A stretch of 64,000 nt of DNA from Owenia fusiformis (Eukaryota). Of the stretch, positions 27,401-42,400 are shown piece after piece. The stretch is taken from positions 4,092,001 through 4,156,000 of the forward strand of contig CAIIXF020000001.1 of the NCBI GenBank assembly GCA_903813345.2, read 5' to 3'. Below the pieces are notes generated by a model that was not told the DNA's origin, searched no databases, and saw only the letters and a list, made by a program, of their open reading frames with translations. Within the stretch, counting starts at the first letter, position 1, and each line of letters opens with the position of its first letter. A program made the position numbers and the translations under genes.

Positions 27401-30400
27401 CAGATGTTACTATTGTTGAAGATAATATGTTTGTTAGCAGTGAAAATATTGTAACGTTTGATGTAGCAATCACAAACACCAACCCAACACAGACCATCCC
27501 TGCTGCAACCGGAGAAAATGAAAACATCAATTTTGAGGTAAAAACATTGAGGTCATTTCATAGGAAGGAATATATATGATTTCTACATGATATTTTGATA
27601 AATCCTGGAGAAAATAAGTACCCTGAATGTTAATTTCATCTTTTCTAGTGAATTCCTGTTTAACCCTGACTAAAATAACATAAAACAAAACCTGTAAAGT
27701 GGAACATCTCTGTATTTGGAACACCTCCATAAGTGGAACACTTTTCAGTACAAAACATTGATACCTCTAAATTATTGAAAATGAACCTTTTTAAGTAGAA
27801 CACCTCCAAAGTGGAACACTATTTTGAGGTACAAAAGATGTTCTACTTACATTTTACTGATTTTACTGTTTAAGATTTTAGTATTTTTCCATCCTCCAAG
27901 TCATTAATACTGATTATACATATAACTATATCTCCCATAATGTCCAGGTTTTAAGTGGAAACACTGTACTACCAGTAAATGATATGAAGATAAGAGGAGT
28001 AGATAGGAATAAACTGAGCCAAGAACTTGCACCAATGCAGTCTGTCACGCTGTCTGAGGTCAAGGTCACTGTGGAAGTAGATGCGAGTAATTGTGTTGTG
28101 ATCTCCAATAATGGGTAAGTCTTTATTTTTTATTATATTTCACTTACTTTTAAAAGAGTGATGCATGGACTGTTGAGTGCAATATGGCAATTACATGTTC
28201 ATTTAAAAGAGGGGGCTAATCTATAATGATTATGGTCATGGTCAATACATTTCAGTTGATACTAACACAAAATATATTTTAAAATTACTTTCCAATTTAG
28301 GTTGAGCATCCGTGTAAAGGCTGGGTTAGGTATGCAAGTTGGCCTGGTTGATAGAGTGCTACACAACAATGTAAGAACCAAGGCAACTGTCGAGTGTGGT
28401 GTGGATACCATAGATCTGTCAGTTAACAGCTTTGCACCCTCTGGCACTATGGAAGCTGAAGCTGGATACTTTGGGAAGATGACATTCGACTTAACAGTGC
28501 AGGTGATAGTTATAATATGAGATATAACGGAAGAGTTATGTATAAGTTCATGTTGAATATATATAAATTTGAATTTAGAGAAGTATGATTTCAAATGAAG
28601 TAAATGTAGACCCGGAGATGTAGATTGTAAAATATAAGAATAAATGATTGGTCAAAATCAAAGATCATGTGATCATGATGTCATCAACAGAATTAGCCAA
28701 GAAACAAGTTGTATGTCCATCAGTGGAATTCTTTATTTTCATCACTAGCAGTAGCAGAACTTTCTGTATTCCAAATATTTCTTGACAAAGGTGACGTCTG
28801 CTTGACTCTGGCATTTTAAAGTGTTTATATTTGAAATTGCCTCAACAAGTCAACTATTTGTTATTGTTTTTCAGGCTGATCTTGGTGGCAGTTTCAGTTA
28901 TGCTGCTGAGAGTAATGCTCATTTTGTGTACACATTGTGGCTGTCTCTAGATGCCACATTGGATATGAGCATGGATAAAAATCTCAACTATGATCCTACT
29001 TCTGTAGCTGCCCTAAATACTGAACTCTCTAAAGAGCTAACCGCCTCTGGTACATTTGATCTGAATTCTGGTGCTGGTGATGAAGTCGTGAGTATACTAT
29101 GTTTAACATTATGTAGATGAATGGGGTAGGCCAAGACAAGTAGTCATCCATAAGGAATTACTACAAATTCCAAGTACTAAAAAGATTACTGTAAGTTTAT
29201 ATCATTTGGGAATATTTTATTGACAAAGTTACACCTTTTTTTTCAACACCGTTTTATTTGTGAATTCTCGAAAAATGTCACAAAGTGCTTAGTTATCTGT
29301 AATCTGATAGAAGAAACCCAAGTATATTGGAATAAGTAAAAAGTGCAGTAGTTATTTCCAGCAAAATACTTTTTATCAAATGAAAATTTTAATAGACATT
29401 CATTGAGTTCATAGAGAAACATGTTGTTTGAATCATATTCAATTTGGATCTTTATTGTGTAATGTTGATGTATTTCAGTTGTTCCCAATGGAGGTCAGTG
29501 CCACCTATTGTGGGAGTGTCTACTTGATTGTGGAAATAGATTCTGGGGACAACCAGGCAGAGTCTGATGAAACAAACAACTATAATGCCCAGCCTATCAC
29601 ACTATCATGTGGCAGTGGTGAGTATTAAGCCTTTTAATATGATAAGTTTCAATGCTCTTAATCTGGTATTAATCCTTTCTAATATGTACAAATACTAAAC
29701 CTCTTAATGTGACAAGTATGAACTGTTTGTCATCTGATCAAGTATGCACCCTCTCAATCTAGATAATGGTTGATTGATTTTTCATTAACATATGTTTTTG
29801 ACAAGTGCACAATCAGCAGACACCAGGGAAATGTCTTTTTGTGAGAATTCTCAATGACAGCCTGATAAGAGTGAAAGTGCTGTTTGACAAATAATGATCA
29901 AATTATTTCACAATCCATTATTGTGAATGACACATGGAACACTACTGATGTGGCCAACTAAAATATCTTGCTTTTTCTAGATATATACATAATGTATATT
30001 GTCTCTAAAAATCTAAAAATGAACTATTCCAGATACCTATGCAATAGAGGGCGTCACTGTGTATTCTCAAGCTGTCTACTTCCCTGGGTACCCTGCAGAA
30101 TTGAGGTTTGATGCCTCAGTTGTCAATGTTAAAGGAGAACAGATACCAGCAGCAACTGATCCTGATGTTAACTTTGAATTTAAGGTAAGTGGTGTCCATC
30201 CAACCATCAACTCATCTGTCTGTCTCTCTGTCTGTCCATCTGTCTGTTCATGCATCAGCAATTTTGTTTGTTTGTTATCATTATAATTTTCACAATGTAA
30301 GCCAGCCCACTGCCAAATGGTGCCATATTTATCATCTCTTCACATCATTTTTATAGGTATATGCACAAATGGGAAACACATTTGACAAAGGTAAAGCAGT

Positions 30401-33400
30401 TGATGTCACACCTACATGGCCAGAGAATGGTGCTCAGGAGAGCTATTTCTCAGATGCACATGAGGATGCAACAAGTCTCACATTCACTAACAGATATGGC
30501 CAGATCCTCCTGGTACAAAGTGTTTGCGATATGCACGTGAACCACTTACTAATTGGTGTCAGGTACAAGAGAGAGGAGACAAAGGAATGCGTCATTAGCA
30601 ACAATTTTGCTGCATTTCCCATATCATGTGGAAGCTCAGGTAATCAACAATTGCATATAATGTAACAATTTTCATAATTTTTCCCAGTTTTCTGCAAGTT
30701 AAAATGATGTTTCTAGAAGTGAAATAGTGAATTCTTCAAATGTTAAATGCAAATTCTGTGGAACCGGAGAATCAAAGAAGTCTTTATCAAAGAAACCATA
30801 TATATATCAAGTTTCATTCAAGACACCTTAGATGCAGCACAGTACTTGATCTGTACATGTATTTTTGAACACAGAATTCAAAAGAAAGATTTGATCAGTA
30901 ACAGTTCTCTATGAAAGGATTTCCATGTACATGTGTCTTATGTATTACTGAAAACAATTTTATATTTTACAGACACAACTGATTTATATATTGCCAGAGA
31001 CCGACTTGGCAATGAACAAGGTAGTTTTATGTTGGACTTGGATAAGACAATCACATTAGGACAGCCAAAGCCATTTGGTTTAAAGATTGGAGTTACTGTT
31101 GGAGGTAGGCTGAATATCTCAATTACCTTTCTATTTCTTTTTAAGAACATATTTTTTAAAATGGGCTAATTTGCAAATTGAGAAATAGAGAATTTTAAAA
31201 AATCTCTTGTATTGAAAAACATGTATAAAGGGAACAGGATTCAACATTTACAAGTCTTTTTTCTTAAGCATCAAATACATGTAGCATCATATCAAAACAT
31301 TATTCAATTGAATAATTTCTTGTGAAATACATATATATAATAGGATATACATGTACAGTATTGTGCCAACTAAATGGTTTAATTTGATGAGCATTAAGTA
31401 AAATACACATTTTTTCAGACATCTTAGTCTTGAAATATTGCATAGCTTATCATATTTTAGTGTTTACTATGATTCTCACTCTGTTCATTTACTTAGGTAA
31501 TGGTGGCTGGAATGCATCTGAGACAGAAGGTCCCCCTATATTCACTTATACATTCACTGTTCAGTCTGGTGATAAAAGTAAAGTCATCCCCTATGCTATC
31601 AACAAGCAAGTGATCAATGCCGAAGTTAAGAGCTCTGTGGAGCTAGACTTAGGTAAGTGATCAATGCTGAAATTAGAAACTCCATGTTGCTAGTGACCTA
31701 TGTAAGTGATCCATGGAGCTAGGCCTACATGTAGTTAAGAGCTCCATGGAGCTAGGCCTACACGTAGTTAAGAGCTCCATGGAGCTAGGCCTACATGTAG
31801 TTAAGAGCTCCGTGGAGCTAGGCCTACATGTAGTTAACAGCTTGGTTTAGCTGAAATCAAATTTTGTCCACCATCTTGAATGATGGTAACTCCAGTTTGT
31901 ATCATTCTGCTATGGACTAATGAAAACAATTTTTCCAACTTTTAGCTGTCAGTTTGACCTGAATAGCAAACATTAGGATTTCATTATTTATGTTTTGTAT
32001 TGTAGCGGGAGAGCTATTGCTTGGTGTAGCAGGTTTCTTAGAGCTATGTACAGGTGATCTATCTCTTAAGCTCACCCTGGACACCAATGATGATATCAGT
32101 GAAACTGATGAAGCAAACAATGAAAGAGTTATTGAAAATGTAACAATTGTGGATGATGGAAGTGGCGTATGTTCAGGTAATATTCTTGCAAGTTCATGGT
32201 CTGCAGGAAAATTTATTCGCTTATCATTTTTAATGTTATTCTGAAGGATAATTGGCCCAAAAATGACAATAGTATTAGAACGTTTTTCCCTGTTCTTTCA
32301 TAACAAACCTCTCAAGTAAGATGGAACAAAATGTTTTAGAATTTTTTATTCAATTATTTATTTGGAAATTACAGTGTCACCCAAATTGGTATATTCATTT
32401 AAGATAGGATATATAGGATTATATAGGACATAACATCATTAGCAGATTTAGGCTTCTACTTCATACATGTATATTCATATCGATTGTATTTGATTATTTC
32501 CAGATAGTCTCGACATAAGCATTAACAGCTTTAGGCTGCTACCCCCACTCCAAGCCTCCTTTGATACAGATACCACCATCAACTTTGAATTTGAGTTTAA
32601 TATCGGGGCAGGTCCATCCTCCACAGTTGCATTCCCCAATTCCTTCAATTACAAATTGATGCTCTCTAGTTTCCCTGGACTCGCAGATGATAGCCAGCCT
32701 TGGGTGAATGATATATCAGGATCTGAGGGAACCGTCTCAGATGTCAATTCAACTCTAGTGACTGGTACGGTGTGATTGTTTTATATTCCCTTGATTACTC
32801 TACTAACTGTAAAAGAAATACTACAGAATGGTACAGTTGAAGCTCTCTGTGGGAACACCTTTCTATAAATACACCTCTCTTTCTGGAATAATTTTTAATA
32901 TTCAAATTCCTTTGAATAACATCGGTAATGAACAACGCCTGTAAGGAATACCTGTCTCCAGGGAACAATTTTGTACAGAAATGAGTATGGAAGGTGTTTC
33001 ATACACAGATTTTAGAGTATGTCTAAGTGTAGCCCTCCGGAATAAAATCTCTGAAGTCTTGAGATATAAACTATTCATGAGTCCTGTCGATGCTTTTACA
33101 AAACCCATTGGTAAAAAATTGATAAACAAATTGAATTTGAAAATTCATGCAAATAGAATAAAGAATAAAAGATTTGTTAAGGCATATGTAATATCAATTA
33201 TTGAAAGTACTTGTTAATGTAATAACTATTCAATTTTTCAGGCTCATTCAGTATATCTGTGAGTGGCAGTGACCAAATGAATCAGATGTACTGTCGACCA
33301 GGTACATACATTTATGTGATGGTAGACAGCGGCAAAACAGTGGATGAAGCGGATGATTCAAATAACTTTGCTTGGAAGCAAATCTCCCTGAACTGCCCTG

Positions 33401-36400
33401 GAATACAAGGTATATACAAATATGTAGTCAAGAATTGTTCTTGTCGAGTAAATTGTCACGATCTGTTACAATCTCACAATATGTAAGTAGCCCAGTCTTA
33501 GGGTTAATTCCTACACACAGCATTGAATTTAGCACACTTACTTTCATGTCTGTATCTGGTTTGCTACATTGCATGTACACTGATTATTATTGGTCATACC
33601 TCGAGGGAATCATTCCTCAAGGGACTCCATGGTCACCAGAGTTAATATTAGCGATGTCATCAATACACTACAGTGATGTATAAAAGGCCAAAACATATAA
33701 AAGGAAAAGCTGAATAACCGAACACCTTTCTTATCAAGACACCGCTGAATTGGCCAGGCCCAGTAGTGTTCAGATTAGACAGATTTACTGTATACTTATT
33801 ATTCTTTGATTTTTATTTTTAGGTTTCTCTCTGATTGCATTTGATATATTTACGTCTCAACATGACAATAAGATAACAGATGGCGAAAATGTTATCACAT
33901 TCACAACCACAGTCCAGAACATTGGAGTGACCATGCCAGCGGGGAGTTCTCCTAATTACAAGTTCCAAGTTTACATAGCTGATGATAATCAGATGGAGAA
34001 TGGAATAGAACTTACTGTGAATAGTTTTGATGGTGATGAACCTAGAGATACAGAGATGCTCACTGCTGCAATCAATTTTTTCGGGAACATAACTTGTGAA
34101 TTTGAGATGACAAATGAACAGTGTGTTGGTAAGTGAAATTATAGTGGAATGGGATTTGGTTTTTAGACATCATCACTATGAAATTAGGTGTATAAAGTAC
34201 CTTGATAAAAATGCTATACAGTTTCTGTTATATATATATATCCCTACACATCTTGCATACTTCCCTCCACAAGGATTTCATTAACTTTAATTGTGTTTTA
34301 CAATTGTTAACATTTTTTTTACAAATGTTTATAATTTGTTTAATAATTGAATGTACAGTTTGAAATGCATCATTGCATCAGATATGTATTAGATAAATAG
34401 AAAAATCGATGATTTTTTCCTGTGATATCATCTAAATCCACTCAATATCTGCAGTACAGTATCTGCACTCATTCTCTGCACTCTTTCATCTAGATATTAA
34501 TATTGAATCATGGATAGAAATGATGTAACTCAAAGCCATATTGCATTTATATCCTCTACTTATTTCAGGTAAGACCTACTTGTGCCTGAAGGCTGTAGAA
34601 GATACAGGGCTCACTGCAGACTGGGACCAATTTGATGGTGATAACTTCCAATGTATGGATTTCCAAAATAGCCACATTGGTCTGGATTGTGCTAGGGGTG
34701 AGTAATATTATGACAACATCCATAGGCCTTATTGTGCAAGAGGTAAATAATATAAATAACATAACACCCATTTGGTGATAGAACCATACAACACTGCTTC
34801 AGCTATGGTGCCATATGGTGCCATGATTTCACTTTACGGATTGGGGGTGTATTAAATCCTTTCTCATTTATTTTCATGCTTTCAGACATCTCTGTTGACT
34901 TGGTGGCCATTAGTCCCATTAAAGTGATGGGTCTCTACCAGGACACAAAAGTACCCATAGACTTCAACTCCACAATTACTCTCATGGGAACAGAGATTCC
35001 AGCATCTGACCTTCCCCACATTGGCCTAGAATTCTACCTGACTGATGACTCCAGCAGTCTCACTCCGAGTGACATCAATGAAGGAGCAGAAATCAAACTG
35101 AGTGGATCATCTGATGTTATGATTGACCAGGAGTCCTACGAGAGACTAAAAGGGTCACTAGAGAATATGGGGGAGTATACAGTCATTGGGAACACCGAGA
35201 TTGAGATAGCATCCGATTGGTGCAGTCATGATCCCTTGTTTGTCTGCATGAAGTATGTTATACGTGATGACTTTCATGTAGACTTTAGGGAGGGGGATGA
35301 GACCAATGATTTTGACTGCATTAATGTAACAGCACTGGTTCTTTGTACTGATGGTAAGTGAATCCATCAATTAACTTAAGTTTTTATCATGTATGAGGTA
35401 ACTTTAAGGACTAACACATAAACACAAGCTTGGACATGGCTGCCAAATCTGAAGAATCAGTAAAATACCCTTTTTGTATCTGACCATATCTTTAAATATA
35501 TGAGTATGCTATAGACTGAAAAAAGGAAACCACACTGTAAAATAAGTCAGTGTAGAAAACTTTATTCCGACTCATTTCTTTTTTTTCTACATACATACAG
35601 TATACATGTATAAAAAAATTGAGTGTATTTACCATGGTTTTTCCAGCCACACGTGATCTTTCACCCATTAAGTTTAACTTCTGGGACACTGATATTGAAA
35701 TGGACTCGGGGCACAGATTTGAGTTATTGGTAGATGTAGACCTGAGGGGCAATGTGACTACTGAACCTCTGTGGTTTGAGTCCAAAATATACCTGTCAGT
35801 GGATCGGGTATTGGATGCAATGGATACCCAGGTATGTACACAATCCTTATTTCTGTTACTATAGCAACATTATCTGATTCTGGGGATAGATTTATGTGGG
35901 GTGAGAAAATATGATGCGTGAGTTTCAAAGAACCCTTAAAGTTTTTTTGAATGTTACAGCCTGTATTGTATGCTGATATGTCCAATTAGAAATAATATGA
36001 CATTTCAGATACCATATGTGGGATTTAAATATGGCTTGGCAAAGGATGAGATGCAACGTCCCCTTGTGCAGGGGAAACACACGTTTAACATGGGGAGTGT
36101 ACCTCTAGTGATTCCCAGTGGGGTGGAAGAGAAATATTGTGGACACACATACCTTATTGTGCAAGTGGATACAGGTATGCAAAGGACATGCCTTTATTTG
36201 GAGAAATGGCATCAAAATCAATAGAAATATTGACGTTTTTTGCCTCAGTATATTACCTAAAGCTTATGTTAATTAAATCAGCAATCAACAACTGAAACTT
36301 TTAGTGAGGTACATGCACCTAGAATTAATTATTACTGATGTATAACAGGATACACAGTGACCCACTATGGGATACAGATGTTTTCCATTTATATTTCACA

Positions 36401-39400
36401 AAAACCCACATGCAAACTCCTGAATGTTTTTTTATGCTGTTGACTATGTTGTAGATGTTGATGACCCTATTGCTGAGAGATATGAAAACAACAATGAGAA
36501 GTCCACAGCTATCAACTTATATTGTCCCCGAGACAATTTTGTCATGTCAGACATTGACATTGAGGTTGAGAAACCTCTATGGCCTGGCTCCCCAGCTGAT
36601 ATAAACTTGGATGTTACCATAAGGAATGTGGGAGAAGATCTACCATTGGCAACCAGATATCTCCCTCATTATGTGCTTAAAGTGTATGCTTCTGATGGGC
36701 TGAGTTATATGGACTCTAATAAAGTTAATGTTACCCCAATTCAGGGATGGACATACCCAGAGAAACTTTACTATTCTGCTATGCCTACTGGAGATGTGCA
36801 TATTTTGAAAGATTTAAAGGTAAAGAAAGTGAGCTGATTACAACTCGATGTACATGCAGAATGCACATGTAACTGGTGCTTATTTCAATTTTGACCTGTT
36901 GATCTGAAATCCATACCATTTGGATCTATATACAAAGCTTTGTTGTCTTTTCAGGGTCAATTGAACTTTGCGGATATTGATGTGAGTGTCTGTGAGTCTA
37001 TGGCATTTATATTGGTGTGTGTAGAGAAACCAGGTGATCCCACAACAGAAACCATTCTGCACAATAACTGTAAAGCTGTCAAGATAGAGGATGATGATAA
37101 AAATTGTGAAGCCAGAGATGGTATGTTCCTTGTCCATTTTGAACCATTCCTTTCTTTTAAAAAAACATTGGATCACATATTTTGTGATGGGGTGTATAAT
37201 GTAGGTAAGGTAAAATAGATAAGCTGAAATAAGATATGAGGAGTATATTAAAATGAAGTATACTACTGATATTCCAGGGATCTCATATAGACATCACAAT
37301 TTTGATGAATCCAGGAAAACCAAAGAAAAAGGAAATTATTAATTGTGAGGACATATTGTTGAAGTTTCAAAGTTGAAGAACTGAAGTAAAAGGCATATTA
37401 CTAAGAAACTACATGATGATAGCTAGATAATACACATGATATAAACAATGTGAACGTGTACAATATTTTATTATCATAACTGAACTTTGCTTGATACAGG
37501 TGTTCATATTTCCAGGTCAGAGGGACATAGAACTGATTGACTTTAGGCTCCCTTCAGCTGTCTCTCCTTTGGACACAATTGACATTTCCCTGGTGATTAG
37601 CATGGATGTCCAGCCCAATGCTAGGCCTATAGTGCAAGGAGACTTCATCTCAGCTATATTCTTATCTCTAGATGAGGAGTTGAATGTAACACAGGATTAT
37701 AAATGGATCCAGTTAGCAAATAATGCATGTAAGTATATATCTTCATACTTCCTGTACACTATGAAATGTGTTTCAAATTAAATGTGTCAGATACTCATAT
37801 TTCAAGTATTTCGATAAGATCATTGGTTCAATGTTTGCATAATTTTGTAATTTTCAATGTGTTTAACCACCTCATCATTTCAATTGTTTTGCCTTAGAGG
37901 AAAACACAAAATCTCTTGAAATTTGAAATAATGTTAATAATAAATCTCTTTGACAGCTGCACAGCGTGGTGAGAGGAAGTTTGCTGACATAAGCCAGAAT
38001 GAAGTAACGCTAACTGAGCTTGGATTTGCAACCCTGTGTGGAGATGTGTTCGTATTCTTCCTCTTAGATAGTGAACAAGACATTGAAGAATACAAGGAGA
38101 ATAATAACTATGCTATGCGAAGTCTTGCTATACTATGTGAGAATGGTATGTACAAGTATAAGTTAATCTTTTATTACTGATTTCATTTAAGCCTTTGACT
38201 TGTAATTGACCTTGAACTATTGTGACCTCAGAATTGGTAATACAAACCTATTACATTCTGTGACTTCATCAACTTGTATTTCACTGTTTCAGATCAACTT
38301 TCACTGTCCAATGTAAAAATGTCTACTGAGTTTGATCAGGTTTTTACTGGCCATCCGACTCCATATGAACTCCAGGTAGACGTGATGTGTACACAGGCAT
38401 ATTGCAACTATGTAAGATCCACAGAGAATGTGAAATTCCTTATCGGGACATTGTTTGATGAAAGTGATGTAGCTCCTCTACCCTTGTTTGATGTGGATGA
38501 GTTAAATATAGGTGTAATTGGAAGTAATGTTAGGAGTGTAGAACCCAGCTTGGGTGCAGAATTTCATGGTCACAGAGCAATACAGTAAGTTGAAATTTAG
38601 GATTCTGTATGATTTTAACAATGTATGATTTTCACATCTTTATACTGTACATGTATGTGTTAAATTACTTTCAAAACATAGTACAGTGAAACCTGTAAAC
38701 TGGAACACCTCTGTTAGTGGAACACTTCAGAGTCCCAAGACCAACTGACTTCATGTTAAATTAACCTCTCTTAGTGGAACACTTTTTGGAGGTGCCGAAT
38801 GTGTTCGACTAAGAGGTTTTACTGTACTACATATTTTAAGTTACCGTATCAATTACAAAACCCACTAAGAAAGAGAAACATCTACGAGTACAACCTGTAA
38901 TGATCAAACAAGGAAAAACTACTTTGAAATATCTACTCCAATTTAAGGAGGTACTCCATCAAAGGTGAGATTGAGCTGCCAGCTGATAGATGTAGAGAGG
39001 ATGGGACAGCCACCCTGAACATTCTTGTTGATTTTGGCTCCTCGCTGTCAGATGAGAGTGACATTGTACAGATGAACAACTACAGAGATATCATCATTAA
39101 ATGTGGACCTGGTGAGTACATATAGATCACAGCTTTTATGACATCACCAAGATGTGTTGACATATTGTTGTGGTATTGGGTTTGGTTTCTGTAACAATCA
39201 TTACACTTATCTAGATGGTTACATTTTGTCATGTTGATGTATAACTTATCATGCAATCTAATTCTTATGAATATTATTGTGTGTGCATATTTATTGTACA
39301 ACTTCAAGAGGTCTAGAGGCATGTCAGGGCAATTTATGCTTTGTCAGGTTGAGATGCTTGCACCAACATTCTAGACCAGAGGAACCAACAGCTTAACCTG

Positions 39401-42400
39401 AACAAATGACAAACTTTAACAACAGTTACTTTAGCTATGGGTCACACACCGACTCGACTCTTGTAATTTCATACCACTATGTTTTAGTTAAAGCTATGAG
39501 AGATCTAGTGGCCCACCCTGTAAAAGTCCTAGGTGGTGAAACACTCCATTCTGGTCGCCCTGTATACTTTAGTCTTCCTATTGAACTGAGGGGCACACCT
39601 CTAAACCCAATGAATGCTGCTCCTAATGCAACCAGGTAAACCTCTGCTATATTAAACTGTTAATAGTTGTAATTGGCACTCTAAATAGCAAATATCCGTA
39701 AATATATATCTTGTCATCCCGATTCCAGGAAATCTACTTAATGGATTTATTTCTAGAGCTAATTGACTTTTTGGCAGCCATCTTGCATTCTGGTGGCCAT
39801 TTTGGATGTTCTTAGATTAATCTTGTCATCTTAATTCCTGGAAAACTGCTTAACGGATTTACTTGAAATTTTACACATGTTACATGGTAAGAAGTTCTAG
39901 AACTGATTAACTTTTTGGTGGCCATCTTGCTTTCTGGGTCATCAAACCCACACTGCTATGTTTCAGGTACGATATTGTTCACCCTGTGAATTCATTTCAG
40001 GTTTCAGTTTAGTTTCTATTTGTCAGAGGATGACAAATTATCAGTTGATGACTTGAAGATGATGTATAAACCTTCAACCAGTATAAGCAGAATGATGGGT
40101 CTAGGCCTCCAACAAGGTCTCACAACTCTTAAGGAAACATTCTATGGTCAGTACTGTTTTTGAATTAATATGTCTGTTAAAACATAAGGTGTGAATCTCA
40201 GCTCTTCAGCAAAATTCTATCTAATCAAAATCAGTATCTAATTGATGTCATAGGAAAAGAACATCAGACTTAATAATTATGTCACCACCAAAAAGTGGTG
40301 ACATATTGTTATGGTCTCCGTTTTTTTTGTGGCGGCAGTTGGCGATCAGTGGTTGGCGTCTGTTACAAATTCTTAAAACTTCCAATAACTTAACAAATAC
40401 TGTTTAGACTGACTTCAGTTTTTTTCAAAATCTTCTGCAAGTTTTCAGAAGTTCAAATCTGACTTAAGATTTTAGATTTGACCTTCATTGACCTTCTTAA
40501 GGTCAAAAAAGATCTTATTTCAACTTGCTTCAAATTGACCAACTTTTTTTCAAAATCATCTTCAGGCTATCAGAAGTTCAACTTGCTTCAAATTGACCAA
40601 TTTTTTTTCAAAATCATCGACAAGTTATCAGAAGTTCAAATCTGACTATTGATAGACCTTCAATGACATTCTCAAGATCAAAAAAAGATTTGACCTTCAA
40701 TGACCTTCTCAAGGTCAAAAATGTATTTTTTCAACTTGCTTCAAATTGACCATTTTTTATCAAAATCATCTACAAGTTCTCAGAAATTCAAATCTGACTT
40801 AAGATTGAACTCATAATATTGTGAGCAACTACATTGTAGGTGGTGATATTTTGTCATGTTAATGCCTTGTTTACATCTTTTATGAAGGTTTTGTTAATAA
40901 TCCCAGTACAATATTAGAATGTTAACTAACACCAGGCCTTGAAAGTGAAGTGTATTTTCATATTTTTGTAGATATTCAATGTTCTGTACAAAGGGTTTTT
41001 CCTAAACCATGAACTCAAATATTGGCTATTAACCCCCTTTCGTTCACGATGTACATTTCTAGAATATTTTCATATTTATCATATTCTTTACATGTATTAT
41101 TAGGTATTAGACTCCCAAATGATCAGTGTGGTAAACAGTTCTTCATTACCTATATTGATGACATGGATGACATCAAGGAGATCTCAGAGAACAACAACAT
41201 GGCTGTCACACCTGTCACCATTCACTGTCAGGGAGGTGAGTAACTGGGTAGAACAACAAGCAAAAAGTAAATGTTAATCCCTTGGTATATTTTCACACAT
41301 GGCATATATGCATGTACAATTCTGTAAAACTAATACAATAATGGCAGATCCAATCTTATCTCTTCTGACAAGCTATATCTCAATTGAACTGAGTCAGACA
41401 AAGTTAAAAATTAAGTTGTCAATGCTTGTGTTTTTTCACTTTTTACTTCCATACATATCATATTGTACTTATTTACTACCAATTGTTAAACTTAATTGAT
41501 AATATGAAGAACACATATTTTTTAAATGTTTCTATGTTTTAGATTTGATTGAGCTGTATGATTTAACAGTATATGACTCACCATACACCCTCTGGAACAC
41601 TCACGAATACACATTTAACTTTGATGCTATCCTGAAAAATACTGGACCATCAGACATTGGAGGCTCTTTTGAAACAATGTATGACTGGGTTGTTCTTTTG
41701 TCAGAAAATACTGAACCAGATTTTCGTGATGACATCATCATCAGACCAGATGTTAAGATTACAGAGAAGACTGAGGATGTGATCAGAAAGGGACTTAAAA
41801 GAGGGGACACTGTGAGGTTGAATGATATGACTGCAACGTTAAGCGTTCCTGAATCTCAATGCAATTTGACAACTGTGAACTATCTTTTGATTGGTGTTCT
41901 CATAAACAATGCTGAATTAGGCACGCTCGAGGATCTTATAAAGAACAACTTTAGACCGCATAAGTTGAACGTTGAGTGTCGCCCAGGTGTTGATTTATCC
42001 ATAAAAGCTTTCTCAATACCCTCTGATACATCTCTGGGAGTGGAGACTGATTTTGAACTGATTGTTGAAGCCACTATAGAGGGTGACGCCGATCCTATTG
42101 ACAGCTTCAGCTTTAATTTCTTCATCTCTGAAGATAACACATTCCAAAGTGAGCGGGATATTATGGTTGATCATACAATTCCTGCTATTTATTTTGCAGC
42201 ACCTCCCATAGTGGATTCAAACACTGAAATAGACTTCAGTGGGGTTGTAAATGAGGATCCCTCTTTGTCCACTGGTTTAACTCTGCCGAACTATTTGGAT
42301 GTGAAATTTTGCGGAGGAGTTTATTTGTTAGTTGTTTTAGATGTGAGTTCAGAAGTATCAGAAGTTTTTGAAGGAAACAACATTCATGCTGCTGATCTGT

